64,000 nucleotides of DNA from Planctomycetota bacterium (GCA_025993795.1 JAMQHL010000033.1:3078-67077); one strand, 5' to 3'; counted from the first letter of the stretch, positions 8,060 through 17,014 are shown. Program-made: numbers and translations. Notes: generated from the sequence alone by a model not told the origin.

Positions 8060-10318
8060 ATGTCTGACGACGAGATCTACAAGGCTTCACTTGAATACCA
8101 TGCCAAGGGCCGCCCCGGCAAGATCGCCGTGGTACCCACCAAGCCCACACTCACCCAGCGCGACCTGTCGCTGGCTTACTCGCCGGGTGTCGCCGAGCCC
8201 TGCCGCGAAATCGCCCGCCAGCCCAACGACGCCTACCGCTACACCAGCAAGGGCAACCTCGTGGCCGTCATCAGCAACGGCACCGCCATTCTCGGCATCG
8301 GCAACCTTGGCGCGCTGGCCAGCAAGCCCGTCATGGAAGGCAAGGGCGTGCTGTTCAAGCGCTTTGCCGACATCGACGTGTTTGACATTGAGGTGGCGAC
8401 AGAAGATGTCGAGAAGTTCATTGAGACGGTAGCACTGCTTGAGCCCACGTTCGGCGGGATCAACCTTGAGGACATCAAGGCACCAGAATGCTTTGAAATC
8501 GAACGTCGCCTCAAAGAGCGCATGAACATCCCGGTGTTCCATGACGACCAGCACGGAACGGCCATCATCTCCGGCGCGGCGCTGGTGAACGCCATTGAGC
8601 TCACGGGCAAGAACATCGGCGACATTCGCATCGTCGTCAACGGCGCCGGCGCAAGCGGCATCGCGTGCACGAACTTCGCCATCCAGCTAGGCGTAAAGCC
8701 GCAAAACGTGATCATGTGTGACACCAAGGGCGTCATCCACAGCGGCCGCACAGACCTGAACCCGGTGAAGCAGCCGTTTGCCCTGAAGACAGACGCGCGC
8801 ACGCTTGACGATGCGCTCAAGGGCGCGGACGTGTTCTACGGCCTCAGCAGCAAGGGCGCCTTGAAGCCCGAGGCGCTGAAGACGATGGCAAAGGACCCCA
8901 TCGTGTTCGCGATGGCCAACCCCGACCCCGAGATTGAGTACGACGTTGCGCGCGCCGCCCGCGACGACGTGATCATGGCAACCGGCCGCAGCGACTACCC
9001 CAACCAGGTCAACAACGTGCTGGGCTTCCCGTTCATCTTTCGGGGTGCACTGGATTGCCGTGCGACCGCCATCAACGAAGAAATGAAGATCGCCGCCAGC
9101 AAGGCGCTGGCCCGCCTGGCCAAAGCCGAGGTTCCCGACAGCGTCAGCCGCGCGTATGGCGGCAAGCGCTTCAAGTTCGGGCGCGACTACCTGATTCCGA
9201 CGCCGTTTGATCCGCGTGTGCTGTACTACGTTGCACCCGCAGTAGCACAGGCCGCGATGGACACGGGCGTCGCGCGCGTCAAGCTTGATATCAACGAGTA
9301 CCGCGAACGCCTGCGGCTCAAGACTGAGCCGGGCCGCGCTGTGATGAGCGTTGCGATTCACAAAGCCCAGGAAATGCGCAAGCGCCTGGCGCTGCCAGAC
9401 GGCGAAGACGCGCGCGTGCTTTCAGTCGCGCGCCAGATCATACGCGATGGCGTGGCCAAGCCGGTGCTGGTCGGCAACGCGGGCCGGATTACCGCCGCAA
9501 TGAAGGGTTTTGACAGCGCGCAGTTCGAGGTGGCGGATCCGGCATCGCCCCCCAGCCACCCGCTGTTGCAACAGCGGTTCAAAGAGCGCGCCGGCATGTT
9601 CAGTGACGATGGCCAGATGGACAGTTACGCTCTGGCGGCCCTGATGACAGACCTGCAGCTTGTAGACGGCATGCTGAGCGCTGCCGACCGGATTTACCGT
9701 GAAACCGTGCCCAGCGTGCTGCGCTTCGTCAGCAAGCGCAGCGGCACCAAACGCGTGATCGGCATGCACATCATGGTGTTGCCGAACCGCGTGCTGTTCT
9801 TTGCAGACACGACCCTGAATGTGAGCCCCGACGCGGAAGTGCTGGCTGACAGCGCGCGGTTGTGCTCTGAGGCTGTGCTGGCGCTGGGAATCACGCCGCG
9901 CGTTGCATTTATCAGCTACAACAACTTCGGCGCGGCAGCTCACCCGGAAGCGGAGAAAGTCCGCGTGGCCTATGAACTGTTCACGCAGAAGAGCCCGGGT
10001 ATTGCGGCGATTGGCGAAGTGCAGGCCGACGTCGCCGTCGGCCCCGATGAATTCCGGAACATCCTTGAAGCTGAACGCTGGCGCGAACCAGCCAACGTGC
10101 TGATTTTCCCGAACCTCGACGCTGCCAACGCGGCCTTCCGCCTTGTGCGCACAACCGCCGACGCGACGGCGCTGGGCCCGCTGCTGCTGGGCCTGCGCCG
10201 GCCGGCCAACGTGATGCCCAAAGGCAGCAGCGTGCAGGATGCTGTGTCCATGGCGGCCGTGACGCTGGCAATGCCGGTGCTTGCGACAGGCAGCGGGATG
10301 TACCCCGCCGTGAAGTAA
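8060..10318 (+). CDS. maeB: NADP-dependent malic enzyme with C-terminal phosphotransacetylase-like domain
   Basis: Trimmed from track start 7856 to ATG 8060 ([24 protein letters not shown]...), giving 752 aa. Has the SPGVAEPC and [11 protein letters not shown] motifs and a PTA-like C-terminal half. Confidence 0.9.
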   Translation: MSDDEIYKASLEYHAKGRPGKIAVVPTKPTLTQRDLSLAYSPGVAEPCREIARQPNDAYRYTSKGNLVAVISNGTAILGIGNLGALASKPVMEGKGVLFKRFADIDVFDIEVATEDVEKFIETVALLEPTFGGINLEDIKAPECFEIERRLKERMNIPVFHDDQHGTAIISGAALVNAIELTGKNIGDIRIVVNGAGASGIACTNFAIQLGVKPQNVIMCDTKGVIHSGRTDLNPVKQPFALKTDARTLDDALKGADVFYGLSSKGALKPEALKTMAKDPIVFAMANPDPEIEYDVARAARDDVIMATGRSDYPNQVNNVLGFPFIFRGALDCRATAINEEMKIAASKALARLAKAEVPDSVSRAYGGKRFKFGRDYLIPTPFDPRVLYYVAPAVAQAAMDTGVARVKLDINEYRERLRLKTEPGRAVMSVAIHKAQEMRKRLALPDGEDARVLSVARQIIRDGVAKPVLVGNAGRITAAMKGFDSAQFEVADPASPPSHPLLQQRFKERAGMFSDDGQMDSYALAALMTDLQLVDGMLSAADRIYRETVPSVLRFVSKRSGTKRVIGMHIMVLPNRVLFFADTTLNVSPDAEVLADSARLCSEAVLALGITPRVAFISYNNFGAAAHPEAEKVRVAYELFTQKSPGIAAIGEVQADVAVGPDEFRNILEAERWREPANVLIFPNLDAANAAFRLVRTTADATALGPLLLGLRRPANVMPKGSSVQDAVSMAAVTLAMPVLATGSGMYPAVK

Positions 10319-10348
10319 GCCGGCCCACGTCAACACAGGAAAACACAA

Positions 10349-10378
10349 CGGGCGCCACTTTCGTGGCGCCCGGTTGTT
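10349..10378. terminator. GC hairpin between convergent maeB and the TauE-like gene (possible bidirectional terminator)
   Basis: CGGGCGCCAC-TTTC-GTGGCGCCCG, a perfect 10-bp stem, followed by GTTGTTCGGG. The T-tract is weak. Confidence 0.45.
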
Positions 10379-10425
10379 CGGGTCGAAGAAATGTCTGCCC
10401 CCCCATAACAGCAAACACTTCCCTT

Positions 10426-11370
10426 TTACCGACCCTCAATTTGGTCTGCGGGGGGTGAGGTATAAACATTTTCCCCAGACGTCGCATCAGAAATTTTCAG
10501 AGTTTCGCCGGGCATTGCGGACCTGCGCTTTCGCATCAGGCGCAACGTTGCCGCAAGGATGAGAAGTGCAAAGACCGTCTTCAAAACATCCTGCGGCACG
10601 AGGTAGGCCAGCTGTACCCCAGCAACGGCTGCCACCGCCGCAAATGGCGTAACTCTCAGCGTCAGCGGCTTGTCCACGTTTCCGTCTCGCCAGTGCAACG
10701 CAGCGCCCAGCACACTGGTCGGCAGGATCATCACAAGGCTGGTGGCCCGGGTCGCCGTGAACGCATCGTGAAAGTAGGTGAACCCAAGCGTGAGCATCGG
10801 CACAGCCACCACACCGCCGCCGAGTCCGAACAGTGAAGCGACTATTCCCGCAAACAGCCCGACACTGATCAAGAAGATGACGTGACCGGGGTGACTCACC
10901 AACAGGGTCTCGCCAACGAACGGCGCAGTTTCCGGCAGCACTCCCAGAAGGCGCGCAGCAATCACGATCAGCACGACACAGAACGCGTAGCGAAACAGCA
11001 TTTCCGGCAGCACCCTGTGAAGCCATTTGCCGATGAACGACCCTGCCAGCGCACCCGCGATCAACAGCCCCGCGGCGGCCCAGTGGATGTCCCCTGGTTC
11101 GTGCAGCAACTGCGCGATCAGGCCGATCGTGATGACCACCGAGATCACGGCGAGGCTGGTACCCGCCGCGCGCTTTACGCGCATGATCCCGAACAGCGCA
11201 AACAGCGGGACCATGACGACGCCGCCGCCCACGCCGAGCATGGTGCTGACCAATCCCGCCAGGGCGCCCACCGCAGATGCCTTGAGCGTGCGGGTTCTGG
11301 ATTCTTTAGGTGTGAGGCTCACAAGCTGAGAAAAGCAACGTGTGCCGACGGATGCAACCCTCGACACCAT
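10426..11370 (-). CDS. TSUP/TauE-SafE family anion exporter (membrane protein)
   Basis: 314 aa, polytopic. Repeated G.GGG motifs (MLGVGGGVVMVPLF and LFGLGGGVVAVPML) typical of TauE/SafE. The start codon is uncertain; no clear SD, and only 24 bp downstream of the previous gene. Confidence 0.75.
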   Translation of the reverse strand: MVSRVASVGTRCFSQLVSLTPKESRTRTLKASAVGALAGLVSTMLGVGGGVVMVPLFALFGIMRVKRAAGTSLAVISVVITIGLIAQLLHEPGDIHWAAAGLLIAGALAGSFIGKWLHRVLPEMLFRYAFCVVLIVIAARLLGVLPETAPFVGETLLVSHPGHVIFLISVGLFAGIVASLFGLGGGVVAVPMLTLGFTYFHDAFTATRATSLVMILPTSVLGAALHWRDGNVDKPLTLRVTPFAAVAAVAGVQLAYLVPQDVLKTVFALLILAATLRLMRKRRSAMPGETLKISDATSGENVYTSPPADQIEGR

Positions 11371-11393
11371 GCGTAAGCCGTGTCGGCTTCAGG

Positions 11394-12854
11394 CTAATCC
11401 ACCGGCTCAGGTTCACCCTCGGTTGGCGGAGCTTCCTGCTGGCCGTCCTGTGTCCATGTAATGTCGGCGGCGTGGCCTTCTCCGCCCGGCTCGCCATCGC
11501 TGCCCAGGCACGTCAGCGTGTAGCCGGCATCGGTAAGTTCGTAACGGAATGCGTGGTCCCACGGATCGTTCGGGACTTCTCCGCCGGCCAGCTTGTCTTT
11601 GATGTCATCCAGCGACTCAGGAAATTTACCGGTATCGTCTCTGTAGACCTTCAGCTTCTCGGCGATGTCGCGCATCTGCTCGGTGGCGATTTCTGCCAGT
11701 CCCTCGTCGTTCTTATTCTCGTTGATCGGCGCAACTTTCACGATTCCGCGCCGACCCCGTCCGATCCGTCCCTCAGTCGATGAGCCGGGCAGCGGCGCAA
11801 TATGGTCGGCATCTTCCTTCATGCCGCCCGCCTGCCCGTCTTTGCCCAGCGCCACAATCGCGAAGTTCTCATCATCCAGGCGCAGATAAATGTATTCGCG
11901 ACCCCAATCATCAGAAGGGATGTTGTTGCGCAGCGCGTTGGCCTGCTTGCCATCCTTCAGCGGGATCGGTCGGGTCAGGTCCATCAGCTCATCGGGAAGT
12001 TTGCCAACCTGCTGGCGCCAGGTCTGTACCTCTTCGGCCAGGTTCTGCACCTGCCAGTCCATGTTGCGCTCAAAGCCGCCGCCCCACTCGTCTGTGTCGC
12101 GCGTCTGGCGCCGTATGTCGCGTTCTGAGATGACAAAGTCAACGTCACGGCCGGTGCCGCCTTCCACTCCGTCGGCACCCCAGCACACAATCGCAATGTT
12201 GTCCTGGGGCAGAATCCGTATGGCATACTCGTTGCCCCAAGGGTCGGTGAAACAGGCGTTGACGGCTTTGTCTTCGGCTTCTGTGCCAGTCCGCTTCGCG
12301 GATTCCAGTTTGGCGGGCCAACTGCCCTTCTCGCGCCTGTGCTGCACTACCTCAATGCCGACTGCGACCATGCGCGCGCGCGCCAGCGTAACCCGGGCCT
12401 CGTGGCGTGCGGCGTCGCGTTGCTTGTCCAGCTCGGCCTGCTGGTTGGCATTCAGTTCAACCTTCTCGCCATTGCGCGTGAAAGTGATGTCTGCGGCGCC
12501 GCCCTCTCCGCCCTGCTTGGCATCGGCCCCGAGGCTGACCAGCTTGTAGCCCGCTTCTTCGTCCAGGCTGTAACTGAACTCGTTGCCCCATGCGTCCTTA
12601 GGCACAGCATCGCGCAGGTTTGCATCTACAAGCTTCTGCAGTTTCTCAGGATACTTGTTCTCATTCGTGCCCGACCACGCGCGAAGGTCCTGGGCAAGGC
12701 TGCGCATTGTTTCGCGCGTTTCGCGCATCTTGGTGCGGTCGGTGCGGCTGATACGATCCTGCGCGGTTGCGGAAATCGCAATCCCGAACACCAGCACGCA
12801 GCAAAGCAGCAGGCGATACAGCATGGGAAGCTCCAGACCGTTCATACTACGCAA
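11394..12854 (-). CDS. Secreted protein with four tandem type II secretion GspG-like (pseudopilin head) domains
   Basis: 486 aa. N-terminus MLYRLLLCCVLVFGIAISATAQD is a signal/anchor, not a prepilin G-F-T-L-x-E leader. Four repeats, each with a helix followed by a (D)(P/A/D)WG..(Y/F).Y ... G.DG..GG...D(I/V) pattern: KDAWGNEFSY..LGADAKQGGEGGAADI; DPWGNEYAI..WGADGVEGGTGRDVDF; DDWGREYIY..LGKDGQAGGMKEDADHI; DPWDHAFRY..LGSDGEPGGEGHAADI. Confidence 0.8.
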   Translation of the reverse strand: MRSMNGLELPMLYRLLLCCVLVFGIAISATAQDRISRTDRTKMRETRETMRSLAQDLRAWSGTNENKYPEKLQKLVDANLRDAVPKDAWGNEFSYSLDEEAGYKLVSLGADAKQGGEGGAADITFTRNGEKVELNANQQAELDKQRDAARHEARVTLARARMVAVGIEVVQHRREKGSWPAKLESAKRTGTEAEDKAVNACFTDPWGNEYAIRILPQDNIAIVCWGADGVEGGTGRDVDFVISERDIRRQTRDTDEWGGGFERNMDWQVQNLAEEVQTWRQQVGKLPDELMDLTRPIPLKDGKQANALRNNIPSDDWGREYIYLRLDDENFAIVALGKDGQAGGMKEDADHIAPLPGSSTEGRIGRGRRGIVKVAPINENKNDEGLAEIATEQMRDIAEKLKVYRDDTGKFPESLDDIKDKLAGGEVPNDPWDHAFRYELTDAGYTLTCLGSDGEPGGEGHAADITWTQDGQQEAPPTEGEPEPVD

Positions 12855-12942
12855 CCGGCGCGTGCCGACAAGCCGCCCCCTTGACGCTTGGGGCGGGTTT
12901 AATACGGTTTGCGGGCCTTCCGGTGCCTATGGGAAGCACAAT

Positions 12943-13017
12943 TCCGCTGTAGCTCAATGGTAGAGCATTCGACTGTTAATCGACAGGTTGCTGGTTCGAG
13001 TCCAGCCAGCGGAGCCA
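12943..13017 (+). tRNA. tRNA-Asn (anticodon GTT)
   Basis: Hand-folded cloverleaf. Acceptor TCCGCTG/CAGCGGA, D arm GCTC-AATGGTA-GAGC, anticodon arm TTCGA-CTGTTAA-TCGAC, T arm GCTGG-TTCGAGT-CCAGC, discriminator G plus encoded CCA. Confidence 0.9.
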
Positions 13018-13025
13018 GAATCGAC

Positions 13026-13057
13026 AGCGCCCTGTGTAAGCAGGGCGCTTTGTTTTT
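13026..13057 (+). terminator. Rho-independent terminator after tRNA-Asn
   Basis: AGCGCCCTG-TGTAAG-CAGGGCGCT hairpin followed by TTTGTTTTT. Confidence 0.8.
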
Positions 13058-13066
13058 GCCGCCGGC

Positions 13067-13097
13067 GGTTGCTGGTTCTCGTCCAGCAGGCGGAGCC
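13067..13097 (+). repeat. Degenerate direct copy of the 3' portion of tRNA-Asn (T arm plus acceptor 3' strand)
   Basis: GGTTGCTGGTTCTCGTCCAGCAGGCGGAGCC matches tRNA positions 12986-13016 (GGTTGCTGGTTCGAGTCCAGCCAGCGGAGCC) at 27 of 31 positions, counted by hand. It lies 50 nt downstream of the tRNA. Confidence 0.6.
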
Positions 13098-13138
13098 GGC
13101 ATTCAACGGCGCCTCGCCATTTTCGGGGCGCTTGCCTG

Positions 13139-14281
13139 TCAGTCGCGGCGCAGGACGCTCACAAGGCAGCGCAAGCTGCCGAAGTAACCGTAGCACGCCG
13201 TACAATCGACGGGCTTGACCTCAAAGCCAGCCTGCCTCCAGACATCGGCGGCTGCGCGGTTCAGCACATCGGCCCCGGCGAACTGCGGCATGTACACCAC
13301 CCGCCGGCCGTCGCGGTCGTCGAGAATGCTGTTCAGGTACGTCAGGTAGGTGCGGCCGTCGCCGCCCGGCGCGATCGGAATGCGGATCACGTCATAGCCT
13401 GCCGCCCGGCACTGTTCGGCCACGGCGTCGAACTTTGCCGCCGTCTCTTCACTGAAATCAGCGCCGCCCTTCAGTGGAAGCGCACTCACCTGCTCTGGTG
13501 TCAGCAGAGTACGCGCCAGGCGCGGGTCACCGACCAGTACGCGGCGCTTGCCAAGGGTCATCATGTACATGCCGGCATGGTGGTCCGGTGCGTTCTTCAT
13601 GAGCACAACTTCAAGCCCCAGCAGGACCCCAAGGCGCTGCTGCAATTCCTGTTCGGTCTCGACGGTGCGTTGCAGGTTTCGCATCCGCACATTCGGCGTA
13701 ACGAAGGCCGTTTCGTTGTCCACGACAAAGTCGCCGCCATCGAAGTACAGTTCGCTGCGCACCGCAGCAACCTCGGGGGCCAGCGCTGCTGCCAGGCTCT
13801 CGCCTACGCTCTCGTCGCCCCTTCGGGCCGGCCAGCCATCGGCGCCGAGTTCGCCCTGTGGCGAAAGCAGTGTCACGGCGCGAGAGTCACCGGCTGGTCG
13901 AAGCGCCAGCCAGCGGTCCCGTGCCCAGGAGGTTATCTCGTGCTGGACAAGGACGGGGTGAAGTGTGCAGCCCGTGCTGCCAACGCGCCGCGCAAGATCA
14001 TCAAATGCAGCACGGTCACGAACCACAACGTGGACCGTGACCGAAGCGGGCAACTGGCGCAGAAAATCGGCAAAGGCAACGGCAACGATGTCAGCCGAGT
14101 CGGGGGTGTACTGGATGACAAGCTCACGGATCGCCCCGTCGCAATCGCTTTGGGTAGAGCCGACCGTAGACTTCGGCCGGCCCTCACCACCAAGCAATGG
14201 CATCAACAGCACTGCCGCGATCAATCCCAGGACGATGCCGACCGGCCACTTCCAGTTTGCCGCCTTGCCCGGCGCGTCCAT
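13139..14281 (-). CDS. Membrane-anchored guanidino-group-modifying enzyme superfamily protein (agmatine/peptidyl-arginine deiminase or amidinotransferase-like fold)
   Basis: Trimmed to ATG 14281 (MDAPGKAANWKWPVGIVLGLIAAVLLMPLLGG, an N-terminal TM anchor), which avoids overlap with the upstream gene. Family-like motifs: SWARDRW, YFDGGDFVVDNETAFVT, and C-terminal GYFGSLRCLVSVLRRD, which resembles the catalytic-Cys motif G.(H/R)C. Confidence 0.6.
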   Translation of the reverse strand: MDAPGKAANWKWPVGIVLGLIAAVLLMPLLGGEGRPKSTVGSTQSDCDGAIRELVIQYTPDSADIVAVAFADFLRQLPASVTVHVVVRDRAAFDDLARRVGSTGCTLHPVLVQHEITSWARDRWLALRPAGDSRAVTLLSPQGELGADGWPARRGDESVGESLAAALAPEVAAVRSELYFDGGDFVVDNETAFVTPNVRMRNLQRTVETEQELQQRLGVLLGLEVVLMKNAPDHHAGMYMMTLGKRRVLVGDPRLARTLLTPEQVSALPLKGGADFSEETAAKFDAVAEQCRAAGYDVIRIPIAPGGDGRTYLTYLNSILDDRDGRRVVYMPQFAGADVLNRAAADVWRQAGFEVKPVDCTACYGYFGSLRCLVSVLRRD

Positions 14282-14303
14282 GTTGGTTCTCCGTGCGACA
14301 ACT

Positions 14304-14828
14304 TCAGTTCTCGATGCTGATGGGCTTTTCCACCACGTCGCCGTTACCACCATCTTTGTTACCACCCAGGTGGAAGGAAATCGCCTGGCTGTCGGACACC
14401 TTGGTGTCGGTCTCGATCGTCAAGGTCTTGCTCTCGCCGGCGGCAAGAGTGACGGTGCGGCTGTCTTTCCACAACACCCGTGCCATGGCCGGCATGCGCG
14501 AACGGCTTTCAAGATCGCGGCCGGACATCGACACGTTGATGCCCTTGTCGATCGACTTGTCGGTGTTGTTGGTGATCACGATGGTCAGGATCGGCTTTTC
14601 GCCGGATGCATACGACTCTTTGTCGGTCTTGATGGTGATGGTACAGCCGTCTTCCTTCAGCGTAGGAACGGCGATTTCCGGCGTGACCTTGCGCAGCGTC
14701 TCGGTCGTCTTGGCACCTTCGCCGTCAGCGGCGTCGGCGTACTGTGGCGCGAGTACGGCCAGGCCCGCGACCATGGTCAGCGCTGCGATTGCCAGCATGC
14801 TCAGCGTGTTCTTGCCCAGGTTTCTCAT
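14304..14828 (-). CDS. Small secreted beta-sandwich protein (CARDB/BsuPI-like pattern), hypothetical
   Basis: Trimmed to ATG 14828, which is preceded by AAGGAGCACC. Signal peptide MRNLGKNTLSMLAIAALTMVAGLAVLAPQYADA. Alternating beta pattern CTITIKTDKESYASGEKPILTIVITNNTDKSI...TVTLAAGESKTLTIE. Confidence 0.65.
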   Translation of the reverse strand: MRNLGKNTLSMLAIAALTMVAGLAVLAPQYADAADGEGAKTTETLRKVTPEIAVPTLKEDGCTITIKTDKESYASGEKPILTIVITNNTDKSIDKGINVSMSGRDLESRSRMPAMARVLWKDSRTVTLAAGESKTLTIETDTKVSDSQAISFHLGGNKDGGNGDVVEKPISIEN

Positions 14829-15640
14829 TGTGGTGCTCCTTTGTTTCGGGTGGCCCCAACGGCCACCATGAATGATACGCGCTGGAAATCGCCGGGGCGG
14901 TCGTCCCCTGTAACCGTTGTGTAAAACCATGACCCGGGGCGGTTGAAGTGCGATTGTCCAACATCCCTGAAACGCAGAACTCTCGTCGCCGGTTCACAAG
15001 AATTGGTTCCTCGCTGACTGATGTGGAAATGCGGGCTACTGCAAACAGCCCAAGACCGCCCGGCGCGGTACAAATAGGCGGCCACAGATGTACACGGATT
15101 TGCGGTGGAGCTGTGCCGGCCACCTTGCGACCGGCGGCTCGCGCGCGGGCGCGGCGCCGTGCTGCAGCCTGCCTGCGGTCGCATGCCAGGGCGTCGCTGC
15201 GCCGTCTGATCCGCAATTCACAATGGCCTTGGGCACAGGCAGCGGACGGCGTCCTGCTTCGCCGACCCGGCTTGCCGCCATCTGTGTTCATCGGTGGCGA
15301 AACATGCCGTCGAACGGCGCCCATCGCACCGCATTGGGCTACCACGAAGCTGTTGCCGTTGCATGTGCTGGTGACACTGTGCCTTTGGGTGAAACCGCCG
15401 TTGCCGTTCGCCGCGCCTCCGTGTTCACAGCCAACTGCACCAGCATGGACCACAAAGTCACCAAGACGCGAAACGACTTCCCGCAAGCGGCGCAACATGA
15501 GCAAGGAACCACAACCCTGCGGGGGGCCCGTTGTCGCGCCTTGCGGCGCACTTGGGGCGCAGCCGTTTCGAATCAGTAGTAATGGCGGTATTGGCGGATT
15601 TGGCGGGAGTCACCCATTCCGCAGCAAATAGCGAAGAACG

Positions 15641-15680
15641 AAAAAGTCAGCCCGCCACTTGTGGGAGGTGGCGGGCTGAC
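15641..15680 (-). terminator. Rho-independent terminator after the RIC gene
   Basis: Perfect 13-bp stem GTCAGCCCGCCAC/GTGGCGGGCTGAC with a 9-nt loop, followed on the minus strand by TTTTT. It begins 16 nt after the stop codon. Confidence 0.8.
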
Positions 15681-15695
15681 AGGCGATCCCTACGA

Positions 15696-16364
15696 TCAGC
15701 CCTCAAGGGCGCGTGGGAAAAGGATGTTGTTCTCGAGGTGGATGTGCTGGTGGAGGTCTTTCTCCATGGCGGCGAGCCCGTGCCACAGTGCCCGCCAGGT
15801 GTTGCAAGCTTCTTCCGGTACTTCGTACTGGTTTGTCAGCAGGCGCAGGCGGCGCAGAGCCTCGCCCACTTCTTCATGCTCGCGGTTCATGACGTTGATT
15901 GGCCCGCCGGCATCTTTGCCCTGGCCCGCCTTGATCATCGGAAACAGGATCTCTTCTTCTTTGTGCATGTGCTGGTCGAGATCCGCCTTCACCTCTGCGA
16001 AAACCTCGACGATGCCGCTCAGCATCTCAGGCCGTTTGTCACCATGAACTGCCAGCACCTTGCGGGCCATCGCGTCGAGGCGATCAAGCTCTTCCCACAG
16101 CGGCACGTGGTAGACCTCGAGGATGTGGTCGATCAGCTTATCGACCGGTGCTTCGTCCCAGCGGGTCGTGTCGCCGGGCTCTTTGAGTTCCTTCTCGAGC
16201 TCGGCCACGATGGTGTCAGCGTCCAGACCCATCTCGTCGCAGACCTCGCTGAGTGGGCGTCCACCCCCACAGCAGTAGTCAATTCCGTGGCGCGCAAACA
16301 CACGTGTCGACAGCGGCTGTTCAGTTGCGAGTTGCCCCACCAGTACATCGGTCGTGATTGCCAT
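15696..16364 (-). CDS. ytfE: Iron-sulfur cluster repair di-iron protein (RIC; YtfE/ScdA family)
   Basis: 222 aa. N-terminal ScdA motif FARHGIDYCCGG and hemerythrin-like His/Glu motifs (HMHKEEEILFP, HIHLENNILFP). AGGAG SD upstream. Confidence 0.9.
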   Translation of the reverse strand: MAITTDVLVGQLATEQPLSTRVFARHGIDYCCGGGRPLSEVCDEMGLDADTIVAELEKELKEPGDTTRWDEAPVDKLIDHILEVYHVPLWEELDRLDAMARKVLAVHGDKRPEMLSGIVEVFAEVKADLDQHMHKEEEILFPMIKAGQGKDAGGPINVMNREHEEVGEALRRLRLLTNQYEVPEEACNTWRALWHGLAAMEKDLHQHIHLENNILFPRALEG

Positions 16365-16393
16365 GTCCGTCTCCTTCGATATTCATGCAGAGT

Positions 16394-17014
16394 TTATCTG
16401 CGTCCTTGCCCGGTTTGGATTGGCGCCAACATCTTCAGCAGCGCCTTAAGAATTCGGTCAGAGTTCGGTTGCCGGCTGTCGTTGGTCGCACGGTGCACGC
16501 CCGGCATGCCGATCAGCGCATGAATCGTGCCCATGATCGGAACCAGCAGCACCTCAGGCTCGATGTCGCCGCGAAAGTCGCCCAGCACAACGCCGTCTTC
16601 AATCGTCTGCAACAGAAAGCGCTTGGCGCGTTTCACGCATTGCCGCAAATGGCACACGGCACCGGAAGGCAGCGTTAGATACGCCTGTTCAGACCGCAGC
16701 AGCCAGGCAAGCCCCGCATCAGAGCCAATCACGCGAATTCGGTTGCGTGCGAACTCTAGCATGCGCTCAACCGGCGGCAGCGACGCATCCGGAAACGTTT
16801 CGTCCAGGCACTCAAGCGCGTACTGAACAGCCTGCTCTAGGATCGCATCAATGCTTGCGAAATGACGAAACAACGCGCCGGTCGAAACGCCAACTTCCCG
16901 CGCCAGATTGCTTGTGGTCAGCGAAGTCAGGCCCTGCGAGCCTATCAGGCGCAGTGCGGCCGACACGATTTCGCCGCGGCGTTCAGCACTGGGTTTGCGC
17001 GTCAGAGCAGCCAT
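16394..17014 (-). CDS. TetR family transcriptional regulator, upstream of and co-oriented with the RIC gene
   Basis: 206 aa. HTH region LTSLTTSNLAREVGVSTGALFRHFASIDAIL. 30-bp gap to the RIC start. Confidence 0.85.
   Translation of the reverse strand: MAALTRKPSAERRGEIVSAALRLIGSQGLTSLTTSNLAREVGVSTGALFRHFASIDAILEQAVQYALECLDETFPDASLPPVERMLEFARNRIRVIGSDAGLAWLLRSEQAYLTLPSGAVCHLRQCVKRAKRFLLQTIEDGVVLGDFRGDIEPEVLLVPIMGTIHALIGMPGVHRATNDSRQPNSDRILKALLKMLAPIQTGQGRR

Noticed and set aside
9422-10414. 330-aa minus-strand ORF inside maeB, plus other long antisense ORFs (21894-22718, 27159-28283, 35682-36698, 37386-38396, 40050-41162, 42386-43435, 43671-44627, 52397-53764, 56514-57596, 57797-59486)
   Set aside because: Each lies fully opposite a gene with clear family motifs and proper SD/start context. 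Their translations are Arg/Ala/His/Gln-rich with no motifs, so they are treated as GC-driven shadow ORFs.
12881-12909. Sigma-70 promoter for tRNA-Asn based on the TTGACG at 12881
   Set aside because: No acceptable -10 hexamer lies at 16-18 nt spacing (TAATAC and TTTAAT are 11-13 nt away), so it is not reported as a feature.
15548-15572. Shared GCGCAGCC-containing string with 34105-34130 (both translate to GAQPFR) as evidence of a dispersed repeat
   Set aside because: Only an ~8-nt core plus a few flanking matches are shared, which is within chance expectation for 64 kb of GC-rich sequence.
14725-15579. ORFs 14725-15504 (minus, 259 aa) and 15088-15579 (plus, 163 aa, Cys-rich), considered as real genes or RiPP-like precursors
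   Set aside because: No SD, no motifs, and third-position G/C content near background on hand check. No modification enzymes are nearby. The interval is kept only as an unexplained gap.
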